Notes: a model not told the origin generated them from the sequence alone. 64,000 nucleotides of DNA from Octopus sinensis (GCF_006345805.1 NC_043019.1:29139360-29203359); one strand, 5' to 3'; counted from the first letter of the stretch, positions 1 to 12,988 are shown. Numbers and translations are program-made.

Positions 1-180
1 ACATACTAAGCAAAACAGAGGAGAGAGAGAGAGAGTGTGTGTGTGTGAAAGAGAGAGAGAGTGTGTGTGAAAGAGAGAGAGTGTGTGTATGTGAAAGAGA
101 GAGAGAGAGTGTGTGTGTGTGAAAGAGAGAGTGTGTGTGAAAGAGAGAGAGAGAGCAAGACAAAGTGAAGAGAGAGAGAG
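1..180. repeat. Compound (GA)n/(GT)n microsatellite
   Basis: Directly visible alternating GA and GT tracts. Confidence 0.95.
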
Positions 181-403
181 GTATGAAAATATTATTGTAT
201 TGAATCCATCTAGTTTCAATATAAAATGGATCTGACATTTGAAACGCATCTGAATAAGCCCAAACATGAAAACTACCATGAAGAAGCCTTTGTGTGGTTA
301 CATCAGTCGATCTGCTAGAAATAGCAGTTAAATCTCCCACTAAGCATACTGTCTTAAGTAATAACGATACATTAGATTTTAGAGAATAAAAATTCCTCTA
401 TGC

Positions 404-664
404 CAGTGGTTCTGAACCATTTTTTTTACCTATGGAACCCTTTCATTCCTATTTTACTTGGGTGAACCCTCATAACCGTTCTGTGTTTAAGAAATCCTAT
501 TATACTTTTATAATTGGATATTATTAGGAATTGTAAAAAAAAAAAAAATTCTTAAAATATTTTGTGTATTGTAGATGTATAACCAATTTATTGAATGTAA
601 ATTTTAACAACAAAATCTTATGTCAACCCCCAAGAGCTGTATGGAACCTGGTTGAAAAGCACTG
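404..664. mobile_element. hAT-type MITE with perfect 8-bp TSD
   Basis: Ends CAGTGGTTCT...AAAAGCACTG; CTCTATGC at both 396-403 and 665-672. Confidence 0.88.
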
Positions 665-769
665 CTCTATGCAGTCACACCGGCTGCCAGATATAGCAGT
701 CAGATCACCTTCAAATCATATCCTAACATCTTAACAGTTAAGTTGGATTAATCAGAGTTCTACTGTGTG

Positions 770-1140
770 AGGATCACAGGTACGAGGTGTTCTAAATTGC
801 AAGACTGTGCACCAGAGAGAACCAAAATGTGAGTGAGTGAGCAGCGTGTATGGATAGATAATGACACATACTTGCACCAATTGATTCTTAAAAGAAAGTG
901 CGCTATGAAAGGTTATGCTGACACAAGCACTGTAGAGGTTATAAAGTAAATCACGAAATCAAACACCTGAAAAAAATTACACTGAGCGCAAGATTCCTCA
1001 GATTGTGCATTTTACCCAGAATATCGTGAAGTTGTGTAATATACTATCACTGCTTGGTTCAGACGAAAGACAGGAAAGATAAAGGAGATATTATTCAGTG
1101 AATCAGTAATTAAGATGATTTGATCTCATGATACCTTTGT
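770..1140 (+). mobile_element. Heavily decayed mariner transposase fragment
   Basis: AAGGTTATGCTGACA encodes KVMLT, as in the mariner catalytic region; frame broken by stops and shifts. Confidence 0.35.
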
Positions 1141-1564
1141 TTGTAGTTAATGATGTGGACAGCAAAATATAATATACCACTAACGAGAGTTAGGCTGGTT
1201 CTATGCAAATCTATGTAAATATTACTATATTGATAATGACAACCAAATTGATTAATCAATCTTTTCCTCTTTCTATCTGTCTCTTTATTTCATATATGTG
1301 TATGTGTGTGTGTGAGTATCTGTGAATACACAATATGTATGTGTATGTATATTACATGGTGTGTGAGCATGTTTATGTGTGTGTGTATGTATGTATATGA
1401 AAGGAAAATAAAAGGCAAAAGAGATGACAAAGGAATAGACAGTGGACTCATAGTCGAGTGCCTGAGTAACAGATTATCGCTTCATTGGAACCTCAAAAAT
1501 GAATTCTACACCAGGTTATTAGTATCACAATGCCTAAGTGAAATATAATATGTGTGTGTGTGTG

Positions 1565-1818
1565 TGGAGATGTGTGGTTTAGTGGTTAGGGTGTCAGTAT
1601 CATGATCGTAAGATTGTAGTTTCGATTCCTGGACCAGGCGACGCGTTGTGTTCTTGAGCAAAACACTTCATTTCACGTTGCTCCAGTCCACTCAGCTGGC
1701 AAAAATGAGTAACGCTGCAATGAACTGGTGTCCCATCCAGCCATCCAGTTGGGGAACACATAAACCATTGAAACCAGGAAACCGGACCCGTGAGCCTGGC
1801 TAGGCTTTAAAAGGGCTC
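1565..1818 (+). mobile_element. tRNA-derived SINE (family C)
   Basis: A box-like TGGTTTAGTGG, B box-like GTTTCGATTCC; body TTCTTGAGCAAAACACTTCATTTCACGTTGCTCCAGTCCAC recurs near 23100 and 31900. Confidence 0.75.
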
Positions 1819-2287
1819 AAAAAAAAAATTTATATATATATAAAGTCAGCAGACTCACAGATCCGTTAGCACTTTGAACAAGTTGCTTAGTGCCATTCCT
1901 TGTGGCTCTTTACATTCTGAGTTCAAATTCTGCCATGGTTGACTTTGTCTATCAACATTTCTGGGTCGATAAAATAAAATACCATTGAAATACTGGGATT
2001 GATATAATCAACTAGTCCCACTACAATCAAATTTCAGGCTGTGTGTCTATATTAGAAACAACACACATGCATGCATGTGCGCACACACACACACACACAC
2101 AAAAAGAATGTGTTTATATTCTTCATTTGATCACAGCAAGGCTTTGTAACATGCACATGTTACACACACACACACACACACACATACAAGCATGGATGTG
2201 TGGATAAAAATTTACTTTCCAACCATGTGGTTTCCTGTTTAGCTCTACTGTCTTCTACTATAGCCCCAGGCCGTGGATATGTATGCA

Positions 2288-2343
<56 letters not shown>

Positions 2344-2395
2344 CAGAGTTGTTTGTGTGTATGTTTCCTTGTCTTGACTTTGCCTGATAGCTGTA

Positions 2396-2612
2396 CAAGG
2401 AGGTGCTGAAAAGTTCCTGGCTTTGGGCAAAAGAAAATACAAGAGGACCAGTTACTTACGATTTTATTCAACATATTCCCCTCTTAGATTCACACACTTA
2501 TTGCAGTAGTTCTTCATTTTTCCTACGCTCTGTGAAAGGACTCGGAAACTTGGAACTCCAGCCAGGCCTTTCATGATACCCTTAAAGCCAGGAACTTTGT
2601 AGCACCCCCTCA
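2396..2612 (+). mobile_element. Mariner-type MITE
   Basis: TIRs GGTGCTGAAAAGTTCCTGGCTTT / AAAGCCAGGAACTTTGTAGCACC, TA flanks; related copies at 14900-15513 and 52465-52684. Confidence 0.8.
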
Positions 2613-2794
2613 TAAGTGAGTGTCACTATCACACATGCAGTGTTTTTCATTTCCAATCTTCCACAAAAACATGCCCAGACACAAGGCAGTAACACCTTGC
2701 TTGTTAAAAGGGAGAGTCGGCAGTACGTAGAGTATCTGACCACAGAAAATCTGCACCAGCCAGTTCCATGTGACCCATGCCAGCACAGAAAAGG

Positions 2795-2985
2795 GGGTCA
2801 GCTGGCAGAACTTTCACCATGCTGGGCAAAATGCTTAGCAGCATTTCATTTGTCTTTATGTTCTGAGTACAAATTCCACCAAGGTCAACTTCGCCTTTCA
2901 TCTCTCTTGAGGACTGGGGTCAATGTAACTAGCTTATCCCCTCCTCTGAACTTGCTGGCCTTGTGCCAAAATTTGAGACCAATAT
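2795..2985 (+). mobile_element. Older tRNA-derived SINE (family B variant)
   Basis: GCTGGCAGAA head, GTTCTGAGTACAAATTCC, CAACTTCGCCTTTCATC core. Confidence 0.65.
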
Positions 2986-3853
2986 TAATGAATTTATTGT
3001 ATATAGTGCTCAGGTGTACTACAACTCATCAGAAAAAGTAGCCGAAAAATATGAACAGTACATAAAATAACACACAGGAAGTGAACGGTGGATGAGTCAT
3101 TTAAAAAAATAAAGAGGACAAGGGCATCAGGTGTCCTGTTGGCAAATTTCAGGAAGCATGGAAGTTTTGAAGGATGATGAAGACAGATGAAAAACCAGAA
3201 AAAGAAATAGAGTGCATGAAAGAAAGAAAAAGCCAGAGTAGAGAGAAAGTTAGTGACAGAACATCTGTATAAGAGAAATAGAGAAAGAGAGGGAGAGAGA
3301 GAGAGAGAGAGACAGAGAGAGAGACAGACAGACAAATAGAGAGACAGAGAGTACCATCATCACCACAACCATCCACATCACAATCACTACCACTATTAAT
3401 ACCATGCTATAAGAAGGAGGAGGATGGTCACTGCTGGAATACTTATTGATCTGATCAAAGGTCTGCAGAATCAGGTCCGACCTGGGGCTAAACAACTTCA
3501 TTTGCATCATCCGAATCGCTTTATAGAGAGACTCAGAGAGACTCGAGTGACAAACAACAGTCTGCTAGGCCAAGGTGATTTTACAGCATGGAAAATATTG
3601 TTACAGTAAAGAATGCTACAGTGTGTATTTATTGTTACACCTGAGTTGAAGGTTGGTCTTGTGAATATTTCAAATTGAAGGAACTAGTGACATCGATGAG
3701 AGAATTTGATGGGGGGGGGGGTGTAGAGAGATAAAGAAAAACTTTTAAAGTTCAATTTAAATTATTATTTTTTACATCAATACAATACAGTTTTGTATGT
3801 AATACAACCTCCAAATTTTTTTACCTAAAAATCAGCCACATATTTTTTCTTCT

Positions 3854-4052
3854 TACTGTATTTTCAGCATACAAGTCGACATAGTATGTAGTGTAAACAT
3901 TCACACCTTGTCGTTACCTTTTCCAAGTTCCCATGGTATTTTACGATCTGCCAAAGTTGACTTGGTGTACAAGTCAACTTACCCCTTTTTTTTTTTTTTC
4001 CGCAATAAATTTTGGTCTGAAAAATTCGACTTGTAAACCGGAAAATATGGTA
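3854..4052. mobile_element. pogo/Tc-type MITE
   Basis: TIR-like ends TACTGTATTTTCAGCATACAAGTCGAC / TCGACTTGTAAACCGGAAAATATGGTA; partial relatives near 28725-28930 and 29200-29300. Confidence 0.65.
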
Positions 4053-4196
4053 CCACTTTTATTTCACAATGAAATATAAATGCTACTTGGCAATTGTGAC
4101 CCTGATATTTTGTGTTAAATTTCTTGCATTATGTATGCAGAGCAGCCAAACCAGTGAGTCCCTGAAGTTATTTTCTATGGTATATTTTGAATAAGA

Positions 4197-4397
4197 AGGC
4201 GGCGGGCTGGCAGAATTGTTAGCACACCGGGCGAAATGCGTAGCCGTATTTCGTCTGCTGTTATGTTCTGAGTTCAAATTCCGCCAAGGACGACTTTACC
4301 TTTCATCCTTTCGGGGTTGATAAACGACTTAATCCGTTTGTCTGTCCTTGTTTGTCCCCTCTGTGTTTAGCTCCTTGTGGGTAGTAAAGAAATAGGT
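4197..4397 (+). mobile_element. tRNA-derived SINE (family B)
   Basis: GGCGGCGGGCTGGCAGAA head, GAGTTCAAATTCC B box, CTTTCATCCTTTCGGGG core; near-identical to 18110-18345. Confidence 0.85.
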
Positions 4398-4639
4398 ATA
4401 TTTTGAATACTTGCTTAAAGAATATAGCAATGCCAAATCAGAATACACCAATGTAAACTTTTCAGTCCCAAATAATGGTTGTGGTTATGAAGTTGTTTTG
4501 CAAACAAGTTGGTTCCACGTTTGATCCTCCAGCTGAAAAAGCTTGGGTAGGTACATCCTACTATTGTCTTAGATTTAGCAATAATGTTTCAGAAGTGGAA
4601 TTAGGTAAACGGAAAATTTGTAGAAGTCCACAATCTGTG

Positions 4640-5038
4640 TGTATTTTTTTTTATTTGTTTCAGTCATTTGACCACGGCCATGTGGGGGCACTGCCTTGAA
4701 GAGTTTTAGTCAAACAAATCAACCTCAGGACCTTTTTTTAAAGCCTAGTATTTATTCTATCAGCCTCTTTTGCTGATCCATTAAGTTATGAGGATGTAAA
4801 CACACCACCACCAGTTGTCAAGCGCTGGTGGAGGACAAACACAAACTCAAAGAGAGTGAGACACACACACACACACACATATGACAGGCTTCTTTCAGTT
4901 TCAGCCTACCAAATCCACTCACAAGGCTGTGGTTAGAACAAGATTATAGTAGAAGACACTTGCCCAAGGTGCCACGCAGTGAGACTGAACCTGGAACCAT
5001 GTGTTTGGGAAGCTCACTTCCTACCACACAGCCACGCC
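4640..5038 (-). mobile_element. tRNA-derived SINE (family A, internal dinucleotide repeat)
   Basis: Reverse complement of the family A sequence seen at 13779-14184. Confidence 0.8.
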
Positions 5039-5275
5039 AGGGCTGAAGGTAAGAATGCATGCATATATGAATAAAAATACACATGTATCTATGAATGTAG
5101 CCGTGTCTGTATGTTTGTTTTGTTAATGTATATGAGTGAAAGATGTAAACATTATTGAGAAAACTGATAAACCAGTACGTTCAAACAGAATCTCTTGTGA
5201 TATTTGCTGTGCCCAAGTTTTACAGGCAATCCCTTGCCATCATCCCAACATAAATGTAGTGAACTTGGGCTAAAC

Positions 5276-5548
5276 CAGTGGTTCTCAAACACTTCTTGCC
5301 TATGGACCCATTTGATTCCTATGTTACTTGGATGGAACCCTTATAGCCATTCAATGTTTAAAAAAAAAAATCTTCAATAAATTTTTATGATTAGATATTA
5401 TTAGGAACTGTATAAAAAGCTGCAAAAATATTTTTTTGTATTGTTGAAATATAAGCAAGTTATTGCACACAAATTTTAACAATAAAATCTTAAATGAACC
5501 CCCATCTCCCTTGCAACGGTCATATGGTCCCCAGGTGAGAAGCACTTT
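5276..5548. mobile_element. hAT-type MITE, same family as 404-664
   Basis: CAGTGGTTCTCAAAC start, shared CCTATGGA(A/C)CC...GATTCCTAT interior, GAGAAGCACT end. Confidence 0.7.
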
Positions 5549-5553
5549 GTTAA

Positions 5554-5774
5554 CCCTTTCATTACCAACCCAGCTGAAACCAGCTCTGGCTCTGTAGTAC
5601 AAATGTCTTGTTTTCATAAGTTCTGAATTAAAATCTTCCACCAAATCTAAGTCACAATTTATGTTCCTAACACTAGCTGAATGATAACAAAGTTATTTTA
5701 CTAAATTCTTTGTTATATTTAAAGTAATTGAAAGAAACACAGAGCATCCCAAAATAAATACGGTAACGAAAGGG
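5554..5774. mobile_element. piggyBac-type MITE
   Basis: TTAA|CCCTTTC...GAAAGGG|TTAA with TTAA at 5550-5553 and 5775-5778. Confidence 0.85.
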
Positions 5775-6948
5775 TTAAACAGTCACAACAAATCCTTATG
5801 AAAATATTGACTAGTGATGCAATGCAGAACATTAAAAAAAGTCAAAACTTCATCAACTCATTACCAAGGCAAGTACTAAATCAGAGGAACCGATAGGTAA
5901 AAGAAGAATAGAAGACATTTTCCTCAATGAAAGTATGTATTGTTTTGTGCTTTTTTTTTTGCTTTTTTTTTTTTGACATAAATTACATTTATAAAATTAT
6001 ATTGGAAAGTTTAAAAACCAATGTAGAAGGAAATCTCATTTATCTCAACAAAAGCTAAATAGTTTCTAGCAATCTTAAGACATTACTTTCAATATCACCA
6101 ACTTTACTCTGCATATATATATTTTGGCACTGAAATCAGAAATTGGAAACAGCACAAGATTCCAGCATAACTTGGAGTGGTGATGGTCGTGGTGGCAATG
6201 ACGATAAATATAAACACAGTAAATTTTGTAAAAATAAACAACACACACACACACACACATACATACATATACACACATATAACATAAAAATAGATTAAAA
6301 TTTAGAGAAAAAATTCTAAAATTTCTCTAAGCTTGTGTGAATGTGTGTATGGCCATTTGTATAATATATACACACACACACATACATACACACATGCATG
6401 CATGCAGACATGCACACACAGACAAATGCTGATTCAACATGAGTTATTGATAAATAAATAAATAAATAAATAAATGTACAGTCACATCCACATACACTTA
6501 GTCTTGCTGTGAAAATCAGGCCCTTGAGAAGGATTTTTTTTTTTTTTTTTTTTGCGGCTTTTTGGGGATGAAAACGGAACCTATAACTTTTGTTATTATT
6601 TTGCAGAATTCTTTCATCTCTCCCTCTGCAATGTGTATGAGTGATAATATACGCAGCATAAGTGTAAAGATATTAACACCTCAGAAAAGAATATAGAGAG
6701 CGAGAGAGAGAGAGAGAGAGAGAGGAAAGAGGGAAAGAGAGAGCAGAGAGAGAGAGAGAGAGAGCAATGAAGTAGCTTGCATTGTTTTTGTTTACAGTTT
6801 AAAAGCAAGAGAGACATATGGTCCGACTGGATAGACTGATAGACAGACAGATTAGTTAGGCAGACGCAGTACAAATAGTTAAAAATAACAACAAGACATA
6901 ACAACAACAACAACAACAACGATGATAATAATCATAATGATAATAATC

Positions 6949-6988
<40 letters not shown>

Positions 6989-7059
6989 ATGGCTGCAGTC
7001 CAATAAGTGAAACAAAACAAAAAATGACAAATAACAACATCAACAAGCAGTATGTATGT

Positions 7060-7199
7060 ATGTATGTATGTATGTGTGTGTGTGTGTGTATGTATGTATG
7101 TGTGTATGTATGTATGTATGTGTACATGAAGTTACGTATATATGTAGGTAGGTAAATATAGTTGTATGTCTATGTGTGTGTATGTATACAAACCACGAG

Positions 7200-7230
<31 letters not shown>

Positions 7231-7500
7231 GTGTGCATGAAGTACATATGTAGGTAGGTAGGTACATAGATTGTATGTCTATGTGTGTGTATGTATACAG
7301 ATTACGAGCTTGTATGTATTGCATGTGTGTACGTATGTATGTATAAAGTTAGGTATGTAGGTATGCAGACTGGTACTTATATTTATATATATCTGTGTGT
7401 GTGTATGTATACAAACTACAAGCCTGTATGTATGTATGAAGTTAGGTATGTAGATAGCTACATATATTTCGTATGTCTATATGCATTTGTAGTTATACCA
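7060..7500. repeat. Degenerate higher-order array (~110-130 bp units) built from GTAT/GT microsatellites
   Basis: Recurrent motifs ATGAAGTTA...GTAGGTA and TGTGTGTATGTATACA(A/G)A. Confidence 0.65.
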
Positions 7501-7829
7501 ACTCCAAGCCTGTATGTATATGTGTGTGTATATACCAGTGTATGTTGTATGTAGGCATGCCATGGCATGTCCATATCTCTGTGTGCTTTCATTTATAGAT
7601 GCATACAAATACACTAGTAGGTGAATATGTGTGTGTATATATATATATACACAAATTACAGCCTAAAGAATGCATGTATGACACATACATGCATCTACAT
7701 GTATACATGTCATTTTGTATGAATCTGTTTTGATTTACGTATGTGTCCATATACATGTTTGGCCATGTATATTCATGTGTAAATACTACAGGCTGAAGTG
7801 TGTATATATATATGTGTATATATATATAT

Positions 7830-8320
7830 GTGTGTATATATATATTTGTCTCTGATCATGTATGTGTATAACTACATGCATTTCAATATGCATGTGAACC
7901 TGTATGTTTTGACTTATGAATATATATACACATACATATGTATACACTACAAGTTTAAAGCATGTCCGTATGTATAGCGTGCACACGTGTTTGTGCGTAT
8001 GCATGCGTGTGTGTGCATACACGCATCTCACTATATGCATGAGTGTAAATGGTTTTAGTTATGTATGTGTACATGAAGTGTGTATATATATATTTGTCTC
8101 TGATCATGTATGTGTATAACTACATGCATTTCAATATGCATGTGAACCTGTATGTTCTGACTTATGAATGTATATACATACATATGTATACACTACAGGT
8201 TTAAAGCATGTCCGTATGTATAGCGTGCACGCATGTTTGTGCGTATGCATGCATGTGTGCATACACGCATCTCACTATATGCATGGGTGTAAATGGTTTT
8301 AGTTATGTATGTGTACATGA
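7830..8320. repeat. Tandem duplication, period ~248 bp
   Basis: TTTGTCTCTGATCATG at 7845 and 8093 with near-identical continuation. Confidence 0.9.
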
Positions 8321-8443
8321 ACAAATGTTTACAACTATAGTTATACACACTACAGGCAAAAGTATAAATACATGTAGGTAGATATGCTTGTACATGCATG
8401 CGTGAGCATAACTGCCTGTGTGTGGGTGGTTATACATACACAC

Positions 8444-8476
<33 letters not shown>

Positions 8477-8794
8477 AACATACAGGATTATAGTGACATT
8501 TATAAAGAGGAGCCAAAATATGTGAAGTCTCTTTCTAACAGTCACACACAGTAACTTCATAGAATGGTAAGAAGTAAGACCAGTAACAATGACAGTGGAA
8601 GATGTATTACTGAGATGTACTTACAGAAGAAATAAGAAGAAGGAGGCGGCGAAGATGGAGAAGAGGGCCCAGACAGGAAAAGCATAAACCAAGCAGGTAA
8701 CGATATCAAACAAGAAAGATTGGAAGAAAGAAAGATAGAAGGAATAACAACATTGAATTATTATTATTATTATTTTTTTTTACATAAATGTTAC

Positions 8795-8852
8795 CTCAAT
8801 TTCCATCAATTTTTCGAGCTCTACTGATGATTTCAGTGGAAAAATCAAAATC
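8795..8852 (-). CDS. Candidate 58-nt exon of an unidentified gene
   Basis: Long pyrimidine tract ending ttcaactacttcag|GAT...GAG|gtaaca; reads DFDFSTEIISRARKIDGN* or ILIFPLKSSVELEKLMEIE. Confidence 0.4.
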
Positions 8853-9985
8853 CTGAAGTAGTTGAAGGAAAGAAAAGAGGAGAGGAGAGGAGAGAAAGAA
8901 GGAAAAAAGAATGAAGAATTATGGAAAGAGAAGAGAGAGAGAGAGAGAGAGAGAGATGTGGAGAAAAAAATGAAAGAAAAATAATAAGAGTGTGGATGAT
9001 AGATAGAAAGAGGGAGTGATTTTGTAATGAAGAAAGTGTAACAAAAGAATGAGAGAGAAAAAGAGAACTGGAGTGACAGATACAGGAATAAAAGCAAGAA
9101 AGAGAGAATAAAATAGCAAGCGATGTAGAGATAAAATGAGAGGGAAACAGATGGAGAGAGAGAAAATGGGAGAGAGAGAGTGAGTGAGAGACAGATGGAG
9201 TGAGCCCCACACAAAAAGGCTCCCAAAGGCTTCTGGCTTTCTGTGTTGTTGAGTTTAGAGTAATTTCTCCTTTGTTGTTGTTGTTGTTGTAGTGGTTGTG
9301 GTGGTTGTTGTCAAAAACCAGAAAGGAGGAGGAGTAAAAGGAGGGAAGGTAAGAGAGAGAGAGAGCGAGCAAGTGTGGGAGGAAGGGAGGTGAGGAGAAC
9401 AAGCTAAGAAATCTAAAACTGAAACCAGAGATTCTTAAAGGAGACAGAGCAGGGAAAGAAGGAAGGAAGGAAGGAAGAAAGACTTGGGTTGAAGAAGAAG
9501 AAAAAGAAGAAAAAGAATACAAAAAGAAAAAGAAAAAAAAGATGGAGATGAAGAAGAAGTAGAAGCTGAAACCAGGAACTACCAGCCTTGCCACTATTCA
9601 CCAGAAACAGAGAAAGAGAGAAATAGATAGAAGGAGAGAGAGAGAGAGAGAGAGAATTAAAGAGGCAGTAGTCTGTATATGCATAAGGACATTTCTACCA
9701 TATATTATTACATAGCTTCTTTTCTGTTGTTCAGCTGGGGTTTGGTAAGAAGTCCCACCATAAATCACTGTCCCCTCTCTGCCCCCCCCCATCTCTCTCT
9801 TAGTCTCACTTGGCTGCTCCTTACCCTCCTTACAACCACCAACTTGCTGGAACTCCAAGCGGAAAAAGAGAAGTGAGCCTACTAGAAATAGCAGTCGAAT
9901 CTTCCCTCAGATCATGCCTTACCTTACGTGTTGTTTTCAAAAGCAAAATAATAAAAAAAAAAAAAAAAAAAAGGGAAGGACTCAC

Positions 9986-10016
9986 AGGCTCAAACGTTAG
10001 ATGATGTAGTCCTAAA
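9986..10016 (-). CDS. Candidate 31-nt (or 26-nt) micro-exon
   Basis: ttttttttcccctcatttcaaaacag|TTTAGG...GAGCCT|gtgagt; the only open frame is LGLHHLTFEP. Confidence 0.35.
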
Positions 10017-10380
10017 CTGTTTTGAAATGAGGGGAAAAAAAAAAAAAGAAAAAAAATGGAAATGTGATGGTCATGACTGGAACGTCTTTTGATCACAGGT
10101 CCGTTCAAACAAGGTTGATTTGGGGTTAAACACCACCGCCAACAACAACAACAACCACAGATCATACAATAAACAACTTCTCTCATACAAGTGGAGTTTT
10201 GTAACAAGACCTACCACAACTCCACCCCCTCCTCTGTCCCCACTTCTCTTTCTCCTCCAACTTCATCCCCTCCCCAACCAACACGCTAGAATTCCAAAGG
10301 GAGTGAGGCGAATGCCTTTATGTGGTCATTCAACCTTCTAGACATAGCTGTCAAAACTCCCTCAAAACACAGTCAATCAT

Positions 10381-10597
10381 TTTAACCCCTTTTGTTAACA
10401 TATTCCTGTTCAAATACACTGCCGTTGTTTCAATTGATTTTTTCAAAAATAATGAAGAATTTAGTAAAAAGACTTTGTCATTGTTAAGCTGGAGTTTGGA
10501 ATTTTGATTGAAGGTTTTAATTTAGATTACTTTAAAACAGGAAGTTTGTATCACAGAATCAGGGGTGGTCTCAGATGGGTTCATATCAAAAGGGGTT
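10381..10597. mobile_element. piggyBac-type MITE (older)
   Basis: TTAACCCCTTTTG ... CAAAAGGGGTTGAA termini. Confidence 0.65.
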
Positions 10598-11088
10598 GAA
10601 AGGGACATATTAGACAATGTAATATAATGGTACAATAATAAAAGTCATGAAGGTCACGTTTGGATTGTCTTTTGACCACAGGGCCGACCTGGTGCTATAT
10701 AATTACTAACAGATTTTTTACTACAATGCGCCCCTTTAAATATTTATGCAGATACTGCATTAAATAATGGAAGGGGCACATTTTGGGGGAGGGGAAAGTC
10801 GATTACATCGACCTTAGGGCTCAACTGGTATTTATTGTAATGACTCCAAAATGATGAAAGCAAAATCAACCTTGGCCAAATTTAAACTTAAAATGTAAGG
10901 GACCATCAACACCATAATAACAATAATAATAATAATACAAAAAGAAAGACAATCAATAATAATTATATTTCTTCCTTTCTTTCTCTTCCAACCCACAATT
11001 TTGTAAATTATTCTTCATATTGTTAAATGAATATTTTAAACAAAAAAAGTTTCATTTTTGAGAATATTAATTAAACATGAAACTCAAT

Positions 11089-11123
<35 letters not shown>

Positions 11124-11127
<4 letters not shown>

Positions 11128-11210
11128 GTTGGACGGTTCACAGACCCCAGTTGAACCGTCCAACCCATGCTAGCATGGAAAGCGGACGCTAAATGATGAT
11201 GATGATGATA
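11124..11210 (+). mobile_element. Retroposon 3' end with (GAT)n tail and a 5' inversion
   Basis: CCGTCCAACCCATGCTAGCATGGAAAGCGGACGCTAAATGATGATG; 17-bp inverted copy at the 5' side. Confidence 0.7.
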
Positions 11211-11270
11211 TATCGTTTTGGGATTTGGTTTGCAAGATTCTTTATGTGAGTGCGTGTGTTGAAGCATATT

Positions 11271-11471
11271 CTGTTGTGTCTGGAAAGAGTTATTTTCTTT
11301 TTCTGCCTTATAATTTCACACACTCACTGGTAATAGTCTTGACTCTTGAAAAGGTTGCAAGACGCAACAAAAATTTTAAGAAAATAAAAATAAGGAATAA
11401 GTGGAAATTTTACCAGTGAGTGTGTTAAATTATAAGGCACAAAAAGAAAATGACTCTTCCTAGACACAACA

Positions 11472-11472
<1 letters not shown>
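11271..11472. mobile_element. MITE with ~60-bp TIRs
   Basis: CTGTTGTGTCTGGAAAGAG...CACACTCACTGGTAA mirrored by TTACCAGTGAGTGTG...CTCTTCCTAGACACAACAG. Confidence 0.8.
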
Positions 11473-11540
<68 letters not shown>

Positions 11541-12799
11541 TAGATATACACACATATACATATATCACGCGCGCGCACACACACACACATACTTATATAT
11601 ACATATAAATATATATTTTTTAAAATCCTTACAGACATACAGGTATTGTGTAAAGAAGTGTGTTCTTTTACAAGTGCATTTGTATATCTATTTTTAAATA
11701 CACATATATATACACATGCACATATGTACGTGGTGTATGGATGCATGTGTATGCACGTGTATGTGTGCATGTGTGTGTGTGCATGATGTATGTATGTGTG
11801 CCTGTATATATATATATATATACATATGTGTATATGTATGAATGTTCATTCGAGTTTGATGATTCACAACCTCACAATGTGCCTCCCTCAGGCGACCAAA
11901 TGTTTTATTGTTTTTTTTTTTTGCTGTTTCAACGGTTACATTTAGTAAGAAACTCTGAGTAACAATGGAATGAGTCATCATCAGCTTTGAAGAAATAAAT
12001 GAACTCTACATGTATTGAGTACTTCTTATCCTGTCTGTACAGCCAAATGTGTGCACATATATATATATATATACATACATACATACATACAGGCATATAT
12101 ATATATACACATATATACACATACATAGAGGCATATATATATATACACACACACACACACATACATAGAGGCATATATATATATATATATATATATCCAA
12201 AGGGTTTTTAACCCAATATTTACAAACAATTGTTTATAGCTCTATCTGCTTCAAGATCTACCATTTCCAAAAAGGATTATTTCAAGTTCTTGAAACTTCT
12301 ATATTCCTATGACGCCAAAAATATATGTATGCATGTATGTATGTATGTATGTATGCATGCATGCATGCATGTATGTATGCATGTATGCATGTAATGTATG
12401 TATGTATGTATGTATGCATGTATGTATGCACGCATGCATGTATGTATTTATGTATGTATGTATGTGCATGAATATCAGATAAATGGAGATTTAGAAATCC
12501 AAGCTGTATCAGATGTGTGGACAGTATTCTTAAAAGGAAACCATTCATACAAACTGAAATTCCAGGGATAATCATTAGTCATGGAGTATAGTACGGTAGT
12601 AGGCCCATGAATGGGGGTTATGGCATTACACACATTTCAGTTGTTTTGCCAACAACAGGGATCAGCTACATCATGAATATAGATATAAATGATTGTGTGA
12701 CCTTACATTGTATTAGATGTGATCCATGTATTGTTGAAACGATCATGATGAAGGAGTAACTGTAACACCATAACCTCCATTCTTGGACTTATATGATAC

Positions 12800-12855
<56 letters not shown>

Positions 12856-12939
12856 GTGTGTGTGTGTATATATATATATATGCATGCTTATATGATGCAT
12901 ATAACATATATATATATATATTTTTATTTTATAGAAGGA

Positions 12940-12988
12940 GCTTCTACAGGACTAGAACTGTTTCATTCAAAAGAAATCATCAGGCAGC
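12940..12988 (-). ncRNA. Type-I hammerhead ribozyme motif (canonical core)
   Basis: GCTGC-CTGATGA-T TTC TTTT GAA T-GAAA-CAG TTCTAGTC CTG-TA|GAAGC; one stem I mismatch, U-U at the base of stem II. Confidence 0.6.

Noticed and set aside
8795-10016. PDFDFS resemblance to the Maf1 PDYDFS motif
   Set aside because: Flanking residues do not match, the frame stops soon after, and no other Maf1 exons were found.
11922-11988. Minus-strand CTGATGA...GAAACAGC hammerhead-like text
   Set aside because: Truncated by an A tract; no cleavage triplet or stem I partner.
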